Shown here in pieces: positions 40,709 through 52,257 of a DNA stretch of 64,000 nucleotides. Every line of letters starts with the position of its first letter. Positions within the stretch are counted from its first letter, which is position 1. A model generated the notes under the pieces. That model was not told the origin of the DNA, did not search any database, and saw only the letters and a program-made list of their open reading frames with translations. Source of the stretch: an uncultured Nitrososphaerales archaeon (GTDB lineage: Archaea > Thermoproteota > Nitrososphaeria > Nitrososphaerales > Nitrososphaeraceae); NCBI GenBank assembly GCA_963695855.1, contig CAVOHZ010000003.1:160001-224000 (forward strand), written 5' to 3'. The translations under genes were made by a program, and so were the position numbers.

Positions 40709-42115
40709 CTATCGATACTTGTAATGTTTTTCAAATATATCCTCTGTTTCTCTATACCTAGTTTTCTCAACTTCAAGAATTTGTTCCATAGCTTCGTCTG
40801 TTCTTAAAATCAATGGTTTTCCTAACCATTTATTTTCGATAAGATAATTTATCCAAGCTCGAATAGTAGGACCCATTCTTCTTGAAATAGGTTCTAAAAA
40901 TCCCCCAACTATTTCCCGCTTTGCCGATTCTTCAGATAAACCACGACTCATTAGATAGAAAATTTGTTTTTCATCGATTTGAGATACTGATGCTGAATGA
41001 GTCGCCCTAACTTCATTTGATTCTATCTCCAATCCTGGAATAGCATCGGATTTTGCGCCTTTATCTAATAAAATAGCATGTCCTGCAAGATAAGATTCTG
41101 TAGATTTTGCATTCTTGTTGATCTTTATCATTCCCTTAAACAAAGATTGAGAAGTATCTTTCATTACAGATTTAACTAGAACCCTGCCCTTAGTATTTGG
41201 CGCAGAATGTATCAAGTTGGAAGAAATATCAAATGACTGGTTGTCTATTCCGAATATGATCTCCACATCCCCAACTGATGCACCTTGACCTTGCATTATG
41301 CTATCTATTTTATATCTTGAAAGTTGTGATCCAAATAGACCTATAGACCAAGACATATTAGCATCTTGTTCAACAAACGATTTTCTATTTGAAAAATTAA
41401 CTGTCTGGTAATCTAAGGATTGGAGAGTTACCATTTCTAGTTGCGAATTGTTCATGAGGTGAGCGTCCATTAATTCAAAATATACCTGCTGAATGTCCTT
41501 ATTTTTTATGTTCGCAGAATACAGCTCTTGAACTACAGTAGCTTTTGAATTTGATTCGCTAATGATAATATTTCTGGAAATAGAAGAAGATCCGCTTTCT
41601 GAAAGATAGTTAATTATTCTTATAGGCTCATCTATTACCATATTTTTTGGTACATATATAAAAAATCCATGTTTAAAAGCGGCGGAACAGAGAGCCAAAA
41701 ACCTATCTTCTTTAAAGTCAAGTTTATTTTTTGTAAGGTGTTTTTTTATTATATCAGAATATTCATTTAGTGCCTCAGAAATTTTAGAAATAACAAGACC
41801 TCTTTTCTTTAATTCATCATCCAAAAATGTATTTATAATGCTGCCATTCTTGCATACAATACCAGTTCCTTTACTCAACTCTGCAATTCTATCCGAGAAT
41901 ATACTTACATCTTGATTCTCTTTAGTTTCATCAAAAAAAATCTTATCCGGTAGTAGACGATTTGCATTTGAATATTTTGTATATAATTGCGAGACCTCAA
42001 ATGGAAGCTTTTCATAGTTTAGAGATGCATCTTTCCTGAATTGACGCATCCATTCTGGTTCTGAATCATCAAAAATATTGTCAAAATTATCTTCTATAGA
42101 CGATAATTTGTACAT
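40709..42115 (-). CDS. sufD: Fe-S assembly protein SufD
   Basis: PGLEIESNEVRATHSASV and IFYLMSRG; follows sufB. Confidence 0.9.
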   Translation of the reverse strand: MYKLSSIEDNFDNIFDDSEPEWMRQFRKDASLNYEKLPFEVSQLYTKYSNANRLLPDKIFFDETKENQDVSIFSDRIAELSKGTGIVCKNGSIINTFLDDELKKRGLVISKISEALNEYSDIIKKHLTKNKLDFKEDRFLALCSAAFKHGFFIYVPKNMVIDEPIRIINYLSESGSSSISRNIIISESNSKATVVQELYSANIKNKDIQQVYFELMDAHLMNNSQLEMVTLQSLDYQTVNFSNRKSFVEQDANMSWSIGLFGSQLSRYKIDSIMQGQGASVGDVEIIFGIDNQSFDISSNLIHSAPNTKGRVLVKSVMKDTSQSLFKGMIKINKNAKSTESYLAGHAILLDKGAKSDAIPGLEIESNEVRATHSASVSQIDEKQIFYLMSRGLSEESAKREIVGGFLEPISRRMGPTIRAWINYLIENKWLGKPLILRTDEAMEQILEVEKTRYRETEDIFEKHYKYR

Positions 42116-42151
42116 TTTGAATACCTGTTATTTGAAATAATAGGTGTTTGG

Positions 42152-43552
42152 TTAACCCACAGATCCTTCCATTTCTAATTTGACTAATCTATTCAGCTCA
42201 ACAGCATATTCCATTGGTAATTCTTTGGTAAATGGTTCTATGAATCCCCCAATAATAAGAGATAATGCATCTGATTCTGAAAATCCCCTACTCATTAAAT
42301 AAAAGATTTGGTCTTCACCTATCTTTCCCACAGTAGCTTCATGTGAAATAGTAGCATCATCTTCATTCACTTCAACATATGGATATGTATCCGTTCTTGA
42401 ATTTTCATCCAGTAAAAGTGCATCGCATCTTACATTTGATTTTACTCCCGTTGCACCTTTGGCAACGTGCAATAAGCCTCTATAAGTTGTTCTTCCTGAT
42501 TGTTTACTGACAGACTTACTGGTAATTCTTGATGTTGTATCTGATGCAAGATGTACAGCTTTGGCTCCTGCATCTTGATGCTGATCCGATCCTGCAAAAG
42601 CAATTGATACAACCTCAGCGTGAGCATTTTTTCCCAACAAGTATACGCCAGGATACTTCATAGTCAATTTACTTCCAATATTTCCATCAATCCATTCGAC
42701 TTTGGCATTTTCATAAGCGTATGCTCTTTTGGTTACTAGATTATAGACGTCTTTACTCCAATTTTGGATAGTAGTATATCTTATTTTAGCACCCTTCTTG
42801 GCAATTAACTCAACTACAGCTGAATGTAATGATTCAGTAGTATATACAGGAGCAGTACATCCTTCTATATAATGGACTTCAGAGCCCTCATCAGCAATTA
42901 TCAAGGTTCGTTCAAACTGTCCGATATTTTCTGCATTTATTCTAAAATATGCTTGTAATGGTAAATCAATTTTTACATTTGGTGGAACATAAATAAATGA
43001 ACCCCCAGACCAAACTGCACTATTTAATGCAGCAAATTTATTATCTTCTGGAGGAATTATTTTACCGAAATATTTGCGAAAAATATCGGGATGTTCCTTC
43101 ACTGCTGTATCAGTATCTAGAAATATTACTCCTTGTTTAGCTAAATCTTCATGTAAGTGGTGATATACTACCTCGGATTCATATTGAGCGCCAACACCAG
43201 CAAGAAATTTCTTCTCGGCTTCAGGGATTCCGAGCTTATCAAAAGTGTTTCTAACAGATTCCGGAACATCGTCCCAGCTTTTACTTTGCTTTTCAGAAGC
43301 TTTAGCATAATAATAAATATTTTGAAAATCGATTTTTGAGAGGTCGCCGCCCCAAGTAGGCATCGGTTTTTTCATAAAAATGTCATAAGATCTTAATCGA
43401 AAATCAAGCATCCAGGCAGGTTCATTTTTGATTTTACTTATTTCCTCTACCGTACCACGGGAAAGTCCTTTTTTACTTAGATACACGTATAAATCAGTAG
43501 AGTCCTTAAAATCGTATTTACTATAATCCATGTTCATTTCTTCGACAGTCAT
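42152..43552 (-). CDS. sufB: Fe-S assembly protein SufB
   Basis: [35 protein letters not shown]. Confidence 0.96.
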   Translation of the reverse strand: MTVEEMNMDYSKYDFKDSTDLYVYLSKKGLSRGTVEEISKIKNEPAWMLDFRLRSYDIFMKKPMPTWGGDLSKIDFQNIYYYAKASEKQSKSWDDVPESVRNTFDKLGIPEAEKKFLAGVGAQYESEVVYHHLHEDLAKQGVIFLDTDTAVKEHPDIFRKYFGKIIPPEDNKFAALNSAVWSGGSFIYVPPNVKIDLPLQAYFRINAENIGQFERTLIIADEGSEVHYIEGCTAPVYTTESLHSAVVELIAKKGAKIRYTTIQNWSKDVYNLVTKRAYAYENAKVEWIDGNIGSKLTMKYPGVYLLGKNAHAEVVSIAFAGSDQHQDAGAKAVHLASDTTSRITSKSVSKQSGRTTYRGLLHVAKGATGVKSNVRCDALLLDENSRTDTYPYVEVNEDDATISHEATVGKIGEDQIFYLMSRGFSESDALSLIIGGFIEPFTKELPMEYAVELNRLVKLEMEGSVG

Positions 43553-43657
43553 TATAAATTAATAACGGCGTTATACTATATATAAATTTTGCAACACAAT
43601 AAATAATATAAAAAATAGCATAAAAGTAAAAATTTTTACAATTACATCTAAAAAAAA

Positions 43658-44440
43658 TTAAATTCGAGATTTTAACAAGTCTGCAACATCATTTAAAGAA
43701 TGCATGTGTGATTCGGTAAAGCGAATGTCATATTTTAGCAATTCTTTGCTTGTTTTAGGTCCTATTGAAATAACCAGACCTATTTTTTTTATATTTTGTA
43801 ATAAATCTTCTGATATCATTTTAATAATCTCAAAAAAAAATCTCACATTAGATGGACTAGTGAAAATCAGTGAGTCTATCTTATTATCTCCTAGCAATTT
43901 GGAAAAATCTATCCAGTTATCGTCGATACCAGATGGTTTAACATCATACAAATAAAATTCATGAACTTGATATCCTAATCTCGTAAGATTTTCTCGTAAA
44001 TAGTCATCGGCTAATCTACTTCTAGGAATAACGATTTTTCTTGCTTTCTGAGTTTTTGGAAATATCTTTAATATCCCTTCTGAGGATGATTTTGATGGAA
44101 CGTATCCAACGTTTATACCATTTTTATTCAGACTATTACTAGTTGAATTACCTATCGCTACAACTATAACTTTTTCATTAAGAATCCTGGCAATATCATC
44201 ACATTTGTTTATTCTCTTGGCAAATTCAAAAAATAATTGTACAGCATTGACACTTAAAAAAACAAAATAATCGTTTTCATTAAAAGAGAATCGAAATATC
44301 TCGTTTATAATATCAGCATTGTTAGGTATTATTTCACTAGTTTTGAGTCTAACTAACCGAATAGAGTCATTATTTAGTAAATATGAAAACTCATTTGATA
44401 AATTTCTGGAATGAGTTATTGCAATAATTTTATCTTTCAT
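43658..44440 (-). CDS. hemD: Uroporphyrinogen-III synthase
   Basis: FLSVNAV, AIG, FTSPSNV, SIGPKT; last gene of the hem operon. Confidence 0.85.
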   Translation of the reverse strand: MKDKIIAITHSRNLSNEFSYLLNNDSIRLVRLKTSEIIPNNADIINEIFRFSFNENDYFVFLSVNAVQLFFEFAKRINKCDDIARILNEKVIVVAIGNSTSNSLNKNGINVGYVPSKSSSEGILKIFPKTQKARKIVIPRSRLADDYLRENLTRLGYQVHEFYLYDVKPSGIDDNWIDFSKLLGDNKIDSLIFTSPSNVRFFFEIIKMISEDLLQNIKKIGLVISIGPKTSKELLKYDIRFTESHMHSLNDVADLLKSRI

Positions 44441-44456
44441 ATTATCAGATATTTTT

Positions 44457-45221
44457 TTATCTCCAACCGATCCTTTCTGACAATGAAACTACTTCTCCTA
44501 TTACTATTACCGCAGGTGGTTTAATAGATGATTCTTTCATCTTTTCTATAATATTTGATGCATTTCCTATTATTATTTTTTGATCTTGAAGAGTACCACG
44601 TTCGATAATAGCTACTTTGGTATCTTTATCCAGGCCGTGATGTATTAATTTACCCATTATTTTTGGTAGATTCTCTATTCCCATAAGAATAACTATTGTA
44701 TCCACAGATTTAGCCAATTTATCCCATCGAACACTTTTTTCTTCTTTGGTCGGATCTTCATGCCCTGTAACTATCGCAACTGAGGATGAAAGTTTTCTAT
44801 GGGTAAGCGGAATTCCAGAATAAATTGCTGACCCTATTGCGGAGGAGATCCCGGGAACAATTTCAAATCGTATACTATTTTCATAAAGAAACTCTGCTTC
44901 TTCTCCTCCTCTACCAAAAATAAAAGGATCTCCGCCTTTGAGCCGTAAAACTTTTTTGCCATCTTGAGCATACTTTAACATCATTTTATTAGTTTTTATT
45001 TGATTACTAGTAGGATCTCCAGAAGATCTTCCAACATAAAGCCGAATTGTTTTTTCTGGTATTAGTTTTAAGATTTCATTACTTACTAGCCGATCATATA
45101 ATATAATATCGCATTTTTTGATTAACTCATGACAACGCATTGTTATCAATTTCGGATTTCCTGGTCCAGAGCCACAAATGTAAACCTTGCCTTTAGTGAT
45201 TTTTTTTGTTCCATTCGTCAA
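44457..45221 (-). CDS. cobA: Uroporphyrinogen-III C-methyltransferase
   Basis: GSGPG, YDRLV, RLKGGDPFIFGRGGEE, PGISS. Start taken at TTG 45221. Confidence 0.93.
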   Translation of the reverse strand: MTNGTKKITKGKVYICGSGPGNPKLITMRCHELIKKCDIILYDRLVSNEILKLIPEKTIRLYVGRSSGDPTSNQIKTNKMMLKYAQDGKKVLRLKGGDPFIFGRGGEEAEFLYENSIRFEIVPGISSAIGSAIYSGIPLTHRKLSSSVAIVTGHEDPTKEEKSVRWDKLAKSVDTIVILMGIENLPKIMGKLIHHGLDKDTKVAIIERGTLQDQKIIIGNASNIIEKMKESSIKPPAVIVIGEVVSLSERIGWR

Positions 45222-46149
45222 CAGCTTTATCCCATCCTTGTGCAAACCTAGCTGCACCATTCCTTAACAAATATTTAGCAGCTATATTTCCCAATCTCTT
45301 AGGGCAATCATAGGAACCTATTTTTTTAACAGTCAATTGTTCTGACCCATTAGAGGAAAATATTTTTGAAAAAAATCTTATACTATTATTTCTTTTTGAA
45401 GCAATCGCACATGCTCCTATAGGAAATCTACAACCACCTTCTATTCTTGATATAAAAGTTCTTTCTACTTCGATAGATTTTCTCGAAGGCTCATCTTCAA
45501 TTTTTTTCAAGAAATTAATTAGTGTTTTATTGTTTTTTTTAGATACTATTCCTAAGGCACCTTGTCCAGGCGCTGGTAGAAATTCTGTTATTTCCAGTCT
45601 TTGACTAATCACATTTAACTTGCCCAATCTTTTTAGTCCTGCTTCTGCAAGGATAATTCCATCATAATCTCCTTTTAATGTTTTATCTATTCTTGTATCT
45701 ATGTTACCACGAATTGGTTTTACAATCAAATCCTTCCGAAGATTGATCAACTGAATTGCCCTACGTAAACTACTAGTACCAATAACAGAGTTCGAAGGAA
45801 GATCTATCAATTTTCTTTTTCTTTTACTAATTAAAACATCGTTTATACATTCTCTTCGGGGTATAGAAGAAATAGTCAAATTTTCATTTAGTGTAGAAGG
45901 AACGTCTTTGATACTATGAATTGCTATGTCTACTTTGTCATTTAGCACAGCTTCATTGATTTCTTTTTCAAATATCCCTTTCCTATCCATTGAAAATAAT
46001 GCTTGTTGTTTATCTAAATCACCACTAGTTACAATTTTAACAATTTCATATTTGAAAACAGGATTTACACGTGAAAGAGATTCTAACACAATATTTGTCT
46101 GAGCAATGGCCAATTTGCTACCCCTAGTTCCTACTCTCAATTCCTTCAT
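45193..46149 (-). CDS. hemC: Hydroxymethylbilane synthase
   Basis: GTRGSKLA, HSIKDVP, GTSSLRR, IRGNIDTR, PAPGQGAL. Confidence 0.95.
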   Translation of the reverse strand: MKELRVGTRGSKLAIAQTNIVLESLSRVNPVFKYEIVKIVTSGDLDKQQALFSMDRKGIFEKEINEAVLNDKVDIAIHSIKDVPSTLNENLTISSIPRRECINDVLISKRKRKLIDLPSNSVIGTSSLRRAIQLINLRKDLIVKPIRGNIDTRIDKTLKGDYDGIILAEAGLKRLGKLNVISQRLEITEFLPAPGQGALGIVSKKNNKTLINFLKKIEDEPSRKSIEVERTFISRIEGGCRFPIGACAIASKRNNSIRFFSKIFSSNGSEQLTVKKIGSYDCPKRLGNIAAKYLLRNGAARFAQGWDKAVDEWNKKNH

Positions 46150-47432
46150 TTTATATTCATAATGTCAAGTAATGAATTGGAATAACTCTCTATAGTTCTT
46201 TCTATATCTTCTTCATTATGGGAAAATGATGTAAAACATGTTTCAAATTGTGATGGCGGAATGAAGATATCCTTTTGAAGTAGCGTCAAGAAAAATTTTT
46301 CAAATAATTTTTGATCTGATTTTATAACATCAAGTGTTGAGTTTACTTTTCCACTCGTAAAAAATATTTGAAAAAGTGATCCTATAGAATTAATAGTAAA
46401 AAATTCATCGAATTTATTTATACTGTCCCTTATTCCCTTAACCAAAGTATCACATGATCGAGCCAGTTGCGGATAAATTGCATTCTTGTTAGCCTTCAGG
46501 ATTTGCATTGTAGCAATGCAAGCAGATACAGAAATAGGATTTCCAGCGTATGTACTAGCTTGATAAACATTTCCGATTGGTGACAACTGGTCCATTATCT
46601 CTGCCTTCCCACAAATTGCTGCAATTGGGAATCCGTTACCAAGTGATTTCGAAAATGTAGCAAGATCCGGTTTAATACCAAAAAATTCACTTGCCCCACC
46701 TAAGGATAGCCTGAATCCAGTTATCACCTCATCAAAGACTAAAATAATATCGTTCTTCCGAGTTATTTTTCTCAAATTATTTAAATAATTTTTTTCAGGC
46801 AACACTAGACCATAGTTTCCCAATATAGGCTCAACAATAAGACAGCTGATATTTCCTGATTCTTTTTTAATAATATTCTCAAGATCCTCTAGATCATTGT
46901 ATTTGACTATCAATGTCTCTTTAGAAATTTCTTCGAGGGAACCTTCTGAAGAGGGGATATTTGCTGCTCCTGAACCAGCTTTTACTAGAACGTAGTCATA
47001 AGATCCGTGATAACCTCCATCAAATTTTATTATTTTCTTTCTCTTATTAAATGCCCTAGAGAGTCTAATGGCAGTCATTGTGGATTCGGAGCCGGTGTTT
47101 AGAATTCTTACCTTTTCAGCACATGGAATAATGTCAGTCAAAAGTTCTGCAAGACTCACCTCCTTTTCGGTAGGGATACAGAATAGCGTTCCCTTATCCA
47201 GCTGATTTTTTATTGTTTCCAGCACTTCAGGATAAGAGTGACCTAGGATTAAAGATCCATAACCCATACAATAATCCAATAAAGTCCTATGATCAGCAGT
47301 TACTATTTTACTTCCAAATCCAGAAGAAACAAAGAATGGATATGGTTTAAAAAACCTTACAGGGCTGTTTACCCCTCCTGGAATTACCTTTACAGATCTA
47401 TCAAATAATTCCTTTGACTTTGTAAATTTCAA
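46146..47432 (-). CDS. hemL: Glutamate-1-semialdehyde 2,1-aminomutase
   Basis: PGGVNSPVR, FDEVITGFR, PPSQFE. Confidence 0.95.
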   Translation of the reverse strand: MKFTKSKELFDRSVKVIPGGVNSPVRFFKPYPFFVSSGFGSKIVTADHRTLLDYCMGYGSLILGHSYPEVLETIKNQLDKGTLFCIPTEKEVSLAELLTDIIPCAEKVRILNTGSESTMTAIRLSRAFNKRKKIIKFDGGYHGSYDYVLVKAGSGAANIPSSEGSLEEISKETLIVKYNDLEDLENIIKKESGNISCLIVEPILGNYGLVLPEKNYLNNLRKITRKNDIILVFDEVITGFRLSLGGASEFFGIKPDLATFSKSLGNGFPIAAICGKAEIMDQLSPIGNVYQASTYAGNPISVSACIATMQILKANKNAIYPQLARSCDTLVKGIRDSINKFDEFFTINSIGSLFQIFFTSGKVNSTLDVIKSDQKLFEKFFLTLLQKDIFIPPSQFETCFTSFSHNEEDIERTIESYSNSLLDIMNIK

Positions 47433-47470
47433 TAATAATTATTTTGATATTATTCTATTTATAAAATAAC

Positions 47471-48493
47471 TTATTTATTGTTAAGCATACTGGCCATTTT
47501 TTTTGCGTGATAAGTAATAATTATATCTGCACCTGCTCTTTTTATTGAGGTAAGAAACTCGGTCATCACATCAATTTCATTTATCCATTCTTGTTCAGAG
47601 GCTGCTTTAATTAAAGCATATTCACCAGAAACACTGAATGCACAAAGTGGAAGTTTAAAGGATTCTCTTGCTTGGTATATAAGGTCTAGATACGGAATTG
47701 CAGGTTTAACCATTATCATATCTGCACCTTCATTTACGTCCATTTCAATCTCCCTTATTGCTTCCTTTGGATTTGTGAATGGCATTTGATAGGTCTTTCT
47801 ATCTCCAAATTCGGGATATGAACCAGCCAAGTCACGGAATGGCGTATATAAAGGAGATGCAAGTTTTGCAGAATAAGCAAGAATTGAAGTGTCAAAATAT
47901 CCTTTTTCATCTAGTTCATTTCTGATGGTAGATACTTGTCCATCCATCATTGAAGAAGGTGCCACAATATCTGTGCCTGCTGCTGCGTGACTCTCAGCAA
48001 TTTTTGAGAGAATAACGTTAGTTGGATCGTTATCAATTTTTTTGTTTTTTATTATACCACAATGCCCTTTTGGAGTATATTGACACATGCATACGTCAGA
48101 TATTATGACTACTTTTTCACCAAAGTTACTGCGTATATTTTTGATTGTCTTTTGAATAATTCCTTTTTCACTATATGCTGCGTTTGCTTTATCATCTTTA
48201 TCAGATTCAATTCCAAACAAGATTACGGAATTTATCCCCAGCTTCAAAATTGAATCAACTTCATCAGTGATTTTAGACAAAGGCAATCGCTTAACATCTT
48301 GCATAGAAGATATATTTTTTGGTTCCTTTAATCCGGATTCTACAAAAACTGGACAAATAAAATCCTTAACAGAAAGTCTTGTTTCCTGTAACAGTTCTCG
48401 TATGGCTTTGTTTTTTCTCAACCTCCTTAGGCGGACAAAAGGATATCCAGATCCTCCTAAAAGCCCATAATTTGAATTAATTTGTGTTCTCAT
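47471..48493 (-). CDS. hemB: Porphobilinogen synthase (canonical)
   Basis: RLRRLR, DVCMCQY..GHCG, YSAK, PFRD, DRKTYQ, MVKP. Start taken at ATG 48493. Confidence 0.95.
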   Translation of the reverse strand: MRTQINSNYGLLGGSGYPFVRLRRLRKNKAIRELLQETRLSVKDFICPVFVESGLKEPKNISSMQDVKRLPLSKITDEVDSILKLGINSVILFGIESDKDDKANAAYSEKGIIQKTIKNIRSNFGEKVVIISDVCMCQYTPKGHCGIIKNKKIDNDPTNVILSKIAESHAAAGTDIVAPSSMMDGQVSTIRNELDEKGYFDTSILAYSAKLASPLYTPFRDLAGSYPEFGDRKTYQMPFTNPKEAIREIEMDVNEGADMIMVKPAIPYLDLIYQARESFKLPLCAFSVSGEYALIKAASEQEWINEIDVMTEFLTSIKRAGADIIITYHAKKMASMLNNK

Positions 48494-49769
48494 TATCGTA
48501 ATTAAATAATTTAGCAGCAATTTTCATAATTTCCTGTTCATCACCTGTATCGCTTTGGATATATCTACGTAAATTATTCATAGGGGTAGAAATAATTCCT
48601 TCCAATAACGCATGAGAAAATTGTTCAATTATTTTCATTTCTCGGGGGCTCATATTCTTTCCTAGAATGGATAATGCTTTTTTCAGCTCTCTTTCCCGGA
48701 TCTTATCCACATTGCGAAAAACAGATATCACAACTGGATCAGCTTTCTTCCTCTTCAACAATATATCAATATTCTTCATTTCATCCTCAATAATATCCTC
48801 AGCTGATTGAATTTCCTTTCGTCTAAACTGAATATTTCTCTTCACTATATCTCCAATTTCATCCATATTAAATAAATTAATATTTTTGATAGATGAACAA
48901 GTTTCCTCAACAGTTCTGGGATTGGATAGATCAAAAATCAAGAGTGATTTTGATCTAGAACTTGCTGCTCTCTTGATTCTATCATAGGTTAACAAATAAT
49001 AAGGAGCTACTGTGCTGACAAAGATAATATCCATTTCTCCTAATGATTCAATAGCTTTTTCAAAAAATATCGGATCTCCTCCCATTGATTGGGCAAAAGA
49101 ATTTGCTCTTTCAAAAGTTCTACTGGTATTCATAAAAAGGATATTTCGTTTTTTAAGGGCCTTTGCAACCAGCCCTGCCCCTTCTCCCGAGCCGATTAAC
49201 AAAATGTTTTTGTTGTCTAACGTTCCAAGTTTTTCTTCTGCAAGATTAACTGCCATAGATCCAACAGAAACACTACCTTTATTGATCCCAGTAAGATATC
49301 TTACCTTACTTCCAACTCTTATTGATTTTTCAAAAACAAGAGCTAGAACATTTTTTGTAAAGTTATTTGATCTAGAAAATTCATACGATCTTTTGACCTG
49401 AGCTAGAATCTGATCTTCTCCTAAAACTAATGAATCTAATCCCGATACTAACTTTAATAGATGTCTGACTACATCTTCTCCATTTTCAATAACTATCATT
49501 TCAGAAAACGTTTGGACTGATAATCCACAATGTTCTGCCCAGAATTTTATAATATTTTCTGTGTCTATCGTACCAACACATATTCCAAAGATTTCCACCC
49601 TATTACAAGTCTGTAATATTAGACATTCTCTAAGATTAAAATTTTCTAGTAAAAAGGTATGGGCACCTTCGATGTCTTTAAAAGAAAATTTTTCCAGTAA
49701 ATGAATAGGAGCTTTTTTATAGGTAACGCGAAAATTTATTATTTCAATGAATTCACTTACTAATGTCAT
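48477..49769 (-). CDS. hemA: Glutamyl-tRNA reductase
   Basis: QTCNRVE, GLDSLVLGEDQI, DLSNPR. Confidence 0.95.
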   Translation of the reverse strand: MTLVSEFIEIINFRVTYKKAPIHLLEKFSFKDIEGAHTFLLENFNLRECLILQTCNRVEIFGICVGTIDTENIIKFWAEHCGLSVQTFSEMIVIENGEDVVRHLLKLVSGLDSLVLGEDQILAQVKRSYEFSRSNNFTKNVLALVFEKSIRVGSKVRYLTGINKGSVSVGSMAVNLAEEKLGTLDNKNILLIGSGEGAGLVAKALKKRNILFMNTSRTFERANSFAQSMGGDPIFFEKAIESLGEMDIIFVSTVAPYYLLTYDRIKRAASSRSKSLLIFDLSNPRTVEETCSSIKNINLFNMDEIGDIVKRNIQFRRKEIQSAEDIIEDEMKNIDILLKRKKADPVVISVFRNVDKIRERELKKALSILGKNMSPREMKIIEQFSHALLEGIISTPMNNLRRYIQSDTGDEQEIMKIAAKLFNYDNENTN

Positions 49770-50437
49770 TATTTTTCAGACTCGCCCCACTTGTTCAACA
49801 ATTTGAGAGTAAGAGTTTTGGCTTCTTCCATCCTATTGTCTTTAATTAATGTCTGAATATGCTCATCTCTAATTAAAGAATACAAGAATTTCTTTCTTTC
49901 CGATACAGTGTTGATAATAGGCCTTGCTTGTATTCTTGCAAATTCCTGCAATTTTGTATTGTCAATATCTGCCTTCTTAATTATTCTTGTTAAAATACGT
50001 TCTGCTTTTATTCTTAATCTCCTAGCCATAATAGGACTCTTACCGTAAGTTGAAATTGCTACTTGCATAGTACCTTCAATATTTATTACTGAAGCATAGG
50101 AAAAGTCGCTAACATTGGGATCATCAGCAGCGTATACAAAAGATCTAGACAATCTACCTTTCTCAACGATTTTTCTATTCAGGTCCTTATCATCGGTTGC
50201 AGCCAAAACAAGAAAAACGTCTTTGAAATTGTCTAAAACATTGGTGTCGGTAATCTTTTGTTTTATTAAATTAATCTTTCCCTCGTCAGAAAAAGTACGA
50301 AGATTAGAGTTAATCTTATCACCTATGACCGTGATTTTGCAATTTTGACCTAGTAGGCCCCGTACTTTTCTGTAGCCTTCTACCCCTCCTCCAATAACTA
50401 GGACATTTTTTCCATTGAGGTTCAGGTCAACTATCAA
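49769..50437 (-). CDS. sirC: Precorrin-2 dehydrogenase (SirC/CysG N-terminal type)
   Basis: VLVIGGG, AATDD, AISTYGKSP. Confidence 0.88.
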   Translation of the reverse strand: MIVDLNLNGKNVLVIGGGVEGYRKVRGLLGQNCKITVIGDKINSNLRTFSDEGKINLIKQKITDTNVLDNFKDVFLVLAATDDKDLNRKIVEKGRLSRSFVYAADDPNVSDFSYASVINIEGTMQVAISTYGKSPIMARRLRIKAERILTRIIKKADIDNTKLQEFARIQARPIINTVSERKKFLYSLIRDEHIQTLIKDNRMEEAKTLTLKLLNKWGESEK

Positions 50438-50580
50438 TTACCACACCGTGTTGAAGAAACAATATCTATTACATTATTTAAATTATTTCAACAAAAAAGA
50501 AAAGAAAAAACTATTAATAATTTTGAATCCTAAACAATACTTATTTGATTATAAAATAATATAGTAAAAAATGAGCCTAA

Positions 50581-51561
50581 TTGATAAATAAAAACTCTGC
50601 GAATAAAAAATTAGAACTTGAGGATATTGAAGAAATAGGTCCTGCAACAAAAATGCATTTGATTAACGCAGGAATCGAATCCGTAAGAGACTTGGTTGTC
50701 AGAGGACCGCAGAATATTTCTGAGGTAACAGGAATAAGTATCGAAAAGGCAATGGATTTGTGTAATAAAGCTAGAATGAAGTTAGAGGAGTTTGAAATTA
50801 TAGATAAATCATTTATAACTGCTACGGAGTTATATAAAAAGAGGCTAAATATTGAACGAATATCCACAGGATCGAAAAATCTCGATGAGTTACTAGGGGG
50901 CGGAATTGAAACTGGAGCTATCACAGAAATATATGGTGAATTTGGTTCTGGAAAAACACAAATTTGTCACACCACAGCAGTTTTGGTACAACAAAAAAAA
51001 GAATACGGGGGTTTAGAAGGTGGAATCATATACGTAGACACAGAAAATACCTTCAGGCCTGAAAGGATAGTTTCTATATCAAAATCAAGGAATATTGATC
51101 ATTCACCTGTCTTAGAAAATATTATTGTTGCAAAAGCTTTTAACAGTTCTCATCAGGAGCTTATTATTCAAGAAATTGGAAAAATAATAGAAAACAACAA
51201 CATCAAGTTAGTAATAGTCGATTCTGCTATTTCCCATTTTAGAGCAGAATTTTTAGGAAGAGGTACACTCCCGGAGAGACAACAAAAATTAAATAAATTA
51301 ATGCATATCCTTATGAGGATTGCTGAGACATATAACGTTGCAATAATAATCACTAATCAAATTCAATCTGCTCCAGATATGATATTCGGGGATCCATATA
51401 GACCGACCGGAGGGAATGTTATGGCACATTCTAGTACTTATAGAATATATTTAAAAAAAGCAGGAAAGAATAGGATAGCAAGGATTGTAGACAGTCCGTA
51501 TCATCCAGAAATTGAAGCTCTCTTTTCCCTAAGTGAAGAGGGTATTTCTGACCCAGTCTAA
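50581..51561 (+). CDS. radA: DNA recombinase RadA
   Basis: HhH N-domain, GEFGSGKTQ, DTENTFRPER, GRGTLPERQQ. Confidence 0.95.
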   Translation: MINKNSANKKLELEDIEEIGPATKMHLINAGIESVRDLVVRGPQNISEVTGISIEKAMDLCNKARMKLEEFEIIDKSFITATELYKKRLNIERISTGSKNLDELLGGGIETGAITEIYGEFGSGKTQICHTTAVLVQQKKEYGGLEGGIIYVDTENTFRPERIVSISKSRNIDHSPVLENIIVAKAFNSSHQELIIQEIGKIIENNNIKLVIVDSAISHFRAEFLGRGTLPERQQKLNKLMHILMRIAETYNVAIIITNQIQSAPDMIFGDPYRPTGGNVMAHSSTYRIYLKKAGKNRIARIVDSPYHPEIEALFSLSEEGISDPV

Positions 51562-51606
51562 AATTTATCAGTTAATGTTAAATTAAGGAGTTAATCTAGG
51601 AGTAAT

Positions 51607-51891
51607 ATGACACGTTCACATGGATTTAGAAGAAAATCGAGATCAGTATTAACAAAAAGTAATGTACTTAGGGGTATTACTTATTTATTAATAAATTATA
51701 AAATTGGCGACAAGGTCATGATAAATATTGATCCGAGTGAACACAACACTATGCCACATAGAAGATATCAGGGAAAAATAGGAACTATCTTAGAGGTTGG
51801 AAAAAGAATAGTAAGAATTGCTATACAAATTGGAAACAAAGAAAAGATTCTTCAAACTAAAAGAAATCATATAAAATTAATAACAAATTAG
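51607..51891 (+). CDS. rpl21e: 50S ribosomal protein L21e
   Basis: SHGFRRKSR, GDKV, MPHRRYQGK. Confidence 0.93.
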   Translation: MTRSHGFRRKSRSVLTKSNVLRGITYLLINYKIGDKVMINIDPSEHNTMPHRRYQGKIGTILEVGKRIVRIAIQIGNKEKILQTKRNHIKLITN

Positions 51892-51903
51892 GTTTGATGT
51901 TTT

Positions 51904-52239
51904 TTGGAAATACTAAAAAGAGAAGTGGTTTCTCTAGGGCAAGTAAAGGAGATTCTTGACAAGACAGAATCAGAAAACATGGATCAGATTCAGAGATGGA
52001 CTCTTGATTATGTAACCAAATTCTCAAAAACCTCGCCAGAAGAGTCAAGAAAAATTATTGAGGAATTAGTTGATCAGTGTGATCTAAAAGAAGAGGAAGC
52101 TGTTGAGATAACCAATTCTATGCCAAGTTCAATTGAAGAGCTAAGGGCATTTACATTTGGGTGGAAAAAACTTATCTTAACAGATACTCTTACTCGAATA
52201 TTAGAAATTATAAACAAGGCAAGAAATAAAGATAGTTAG
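51904..52239 (+). CDS. rpo4: RNA polymerase subunit Rpo4 (F)
   Basis: QRWTLDY..KFSK and MP.SIEELR; fits rpl21e-rpo4-DUF655-ksgA order. Confidence 0.88.
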   Translation: MEILKREVVSLGQVKEILDKTESENMDQIQRWTLDYVTKFSKTSPEESRKIIEELVDQCDLKEEEAVEITNSMPSSIEELRAFTFGWKKLILTDTLTRILEIINKARNKDS

Positions 52240-52257
52240 AATTAAGGATGATCAATA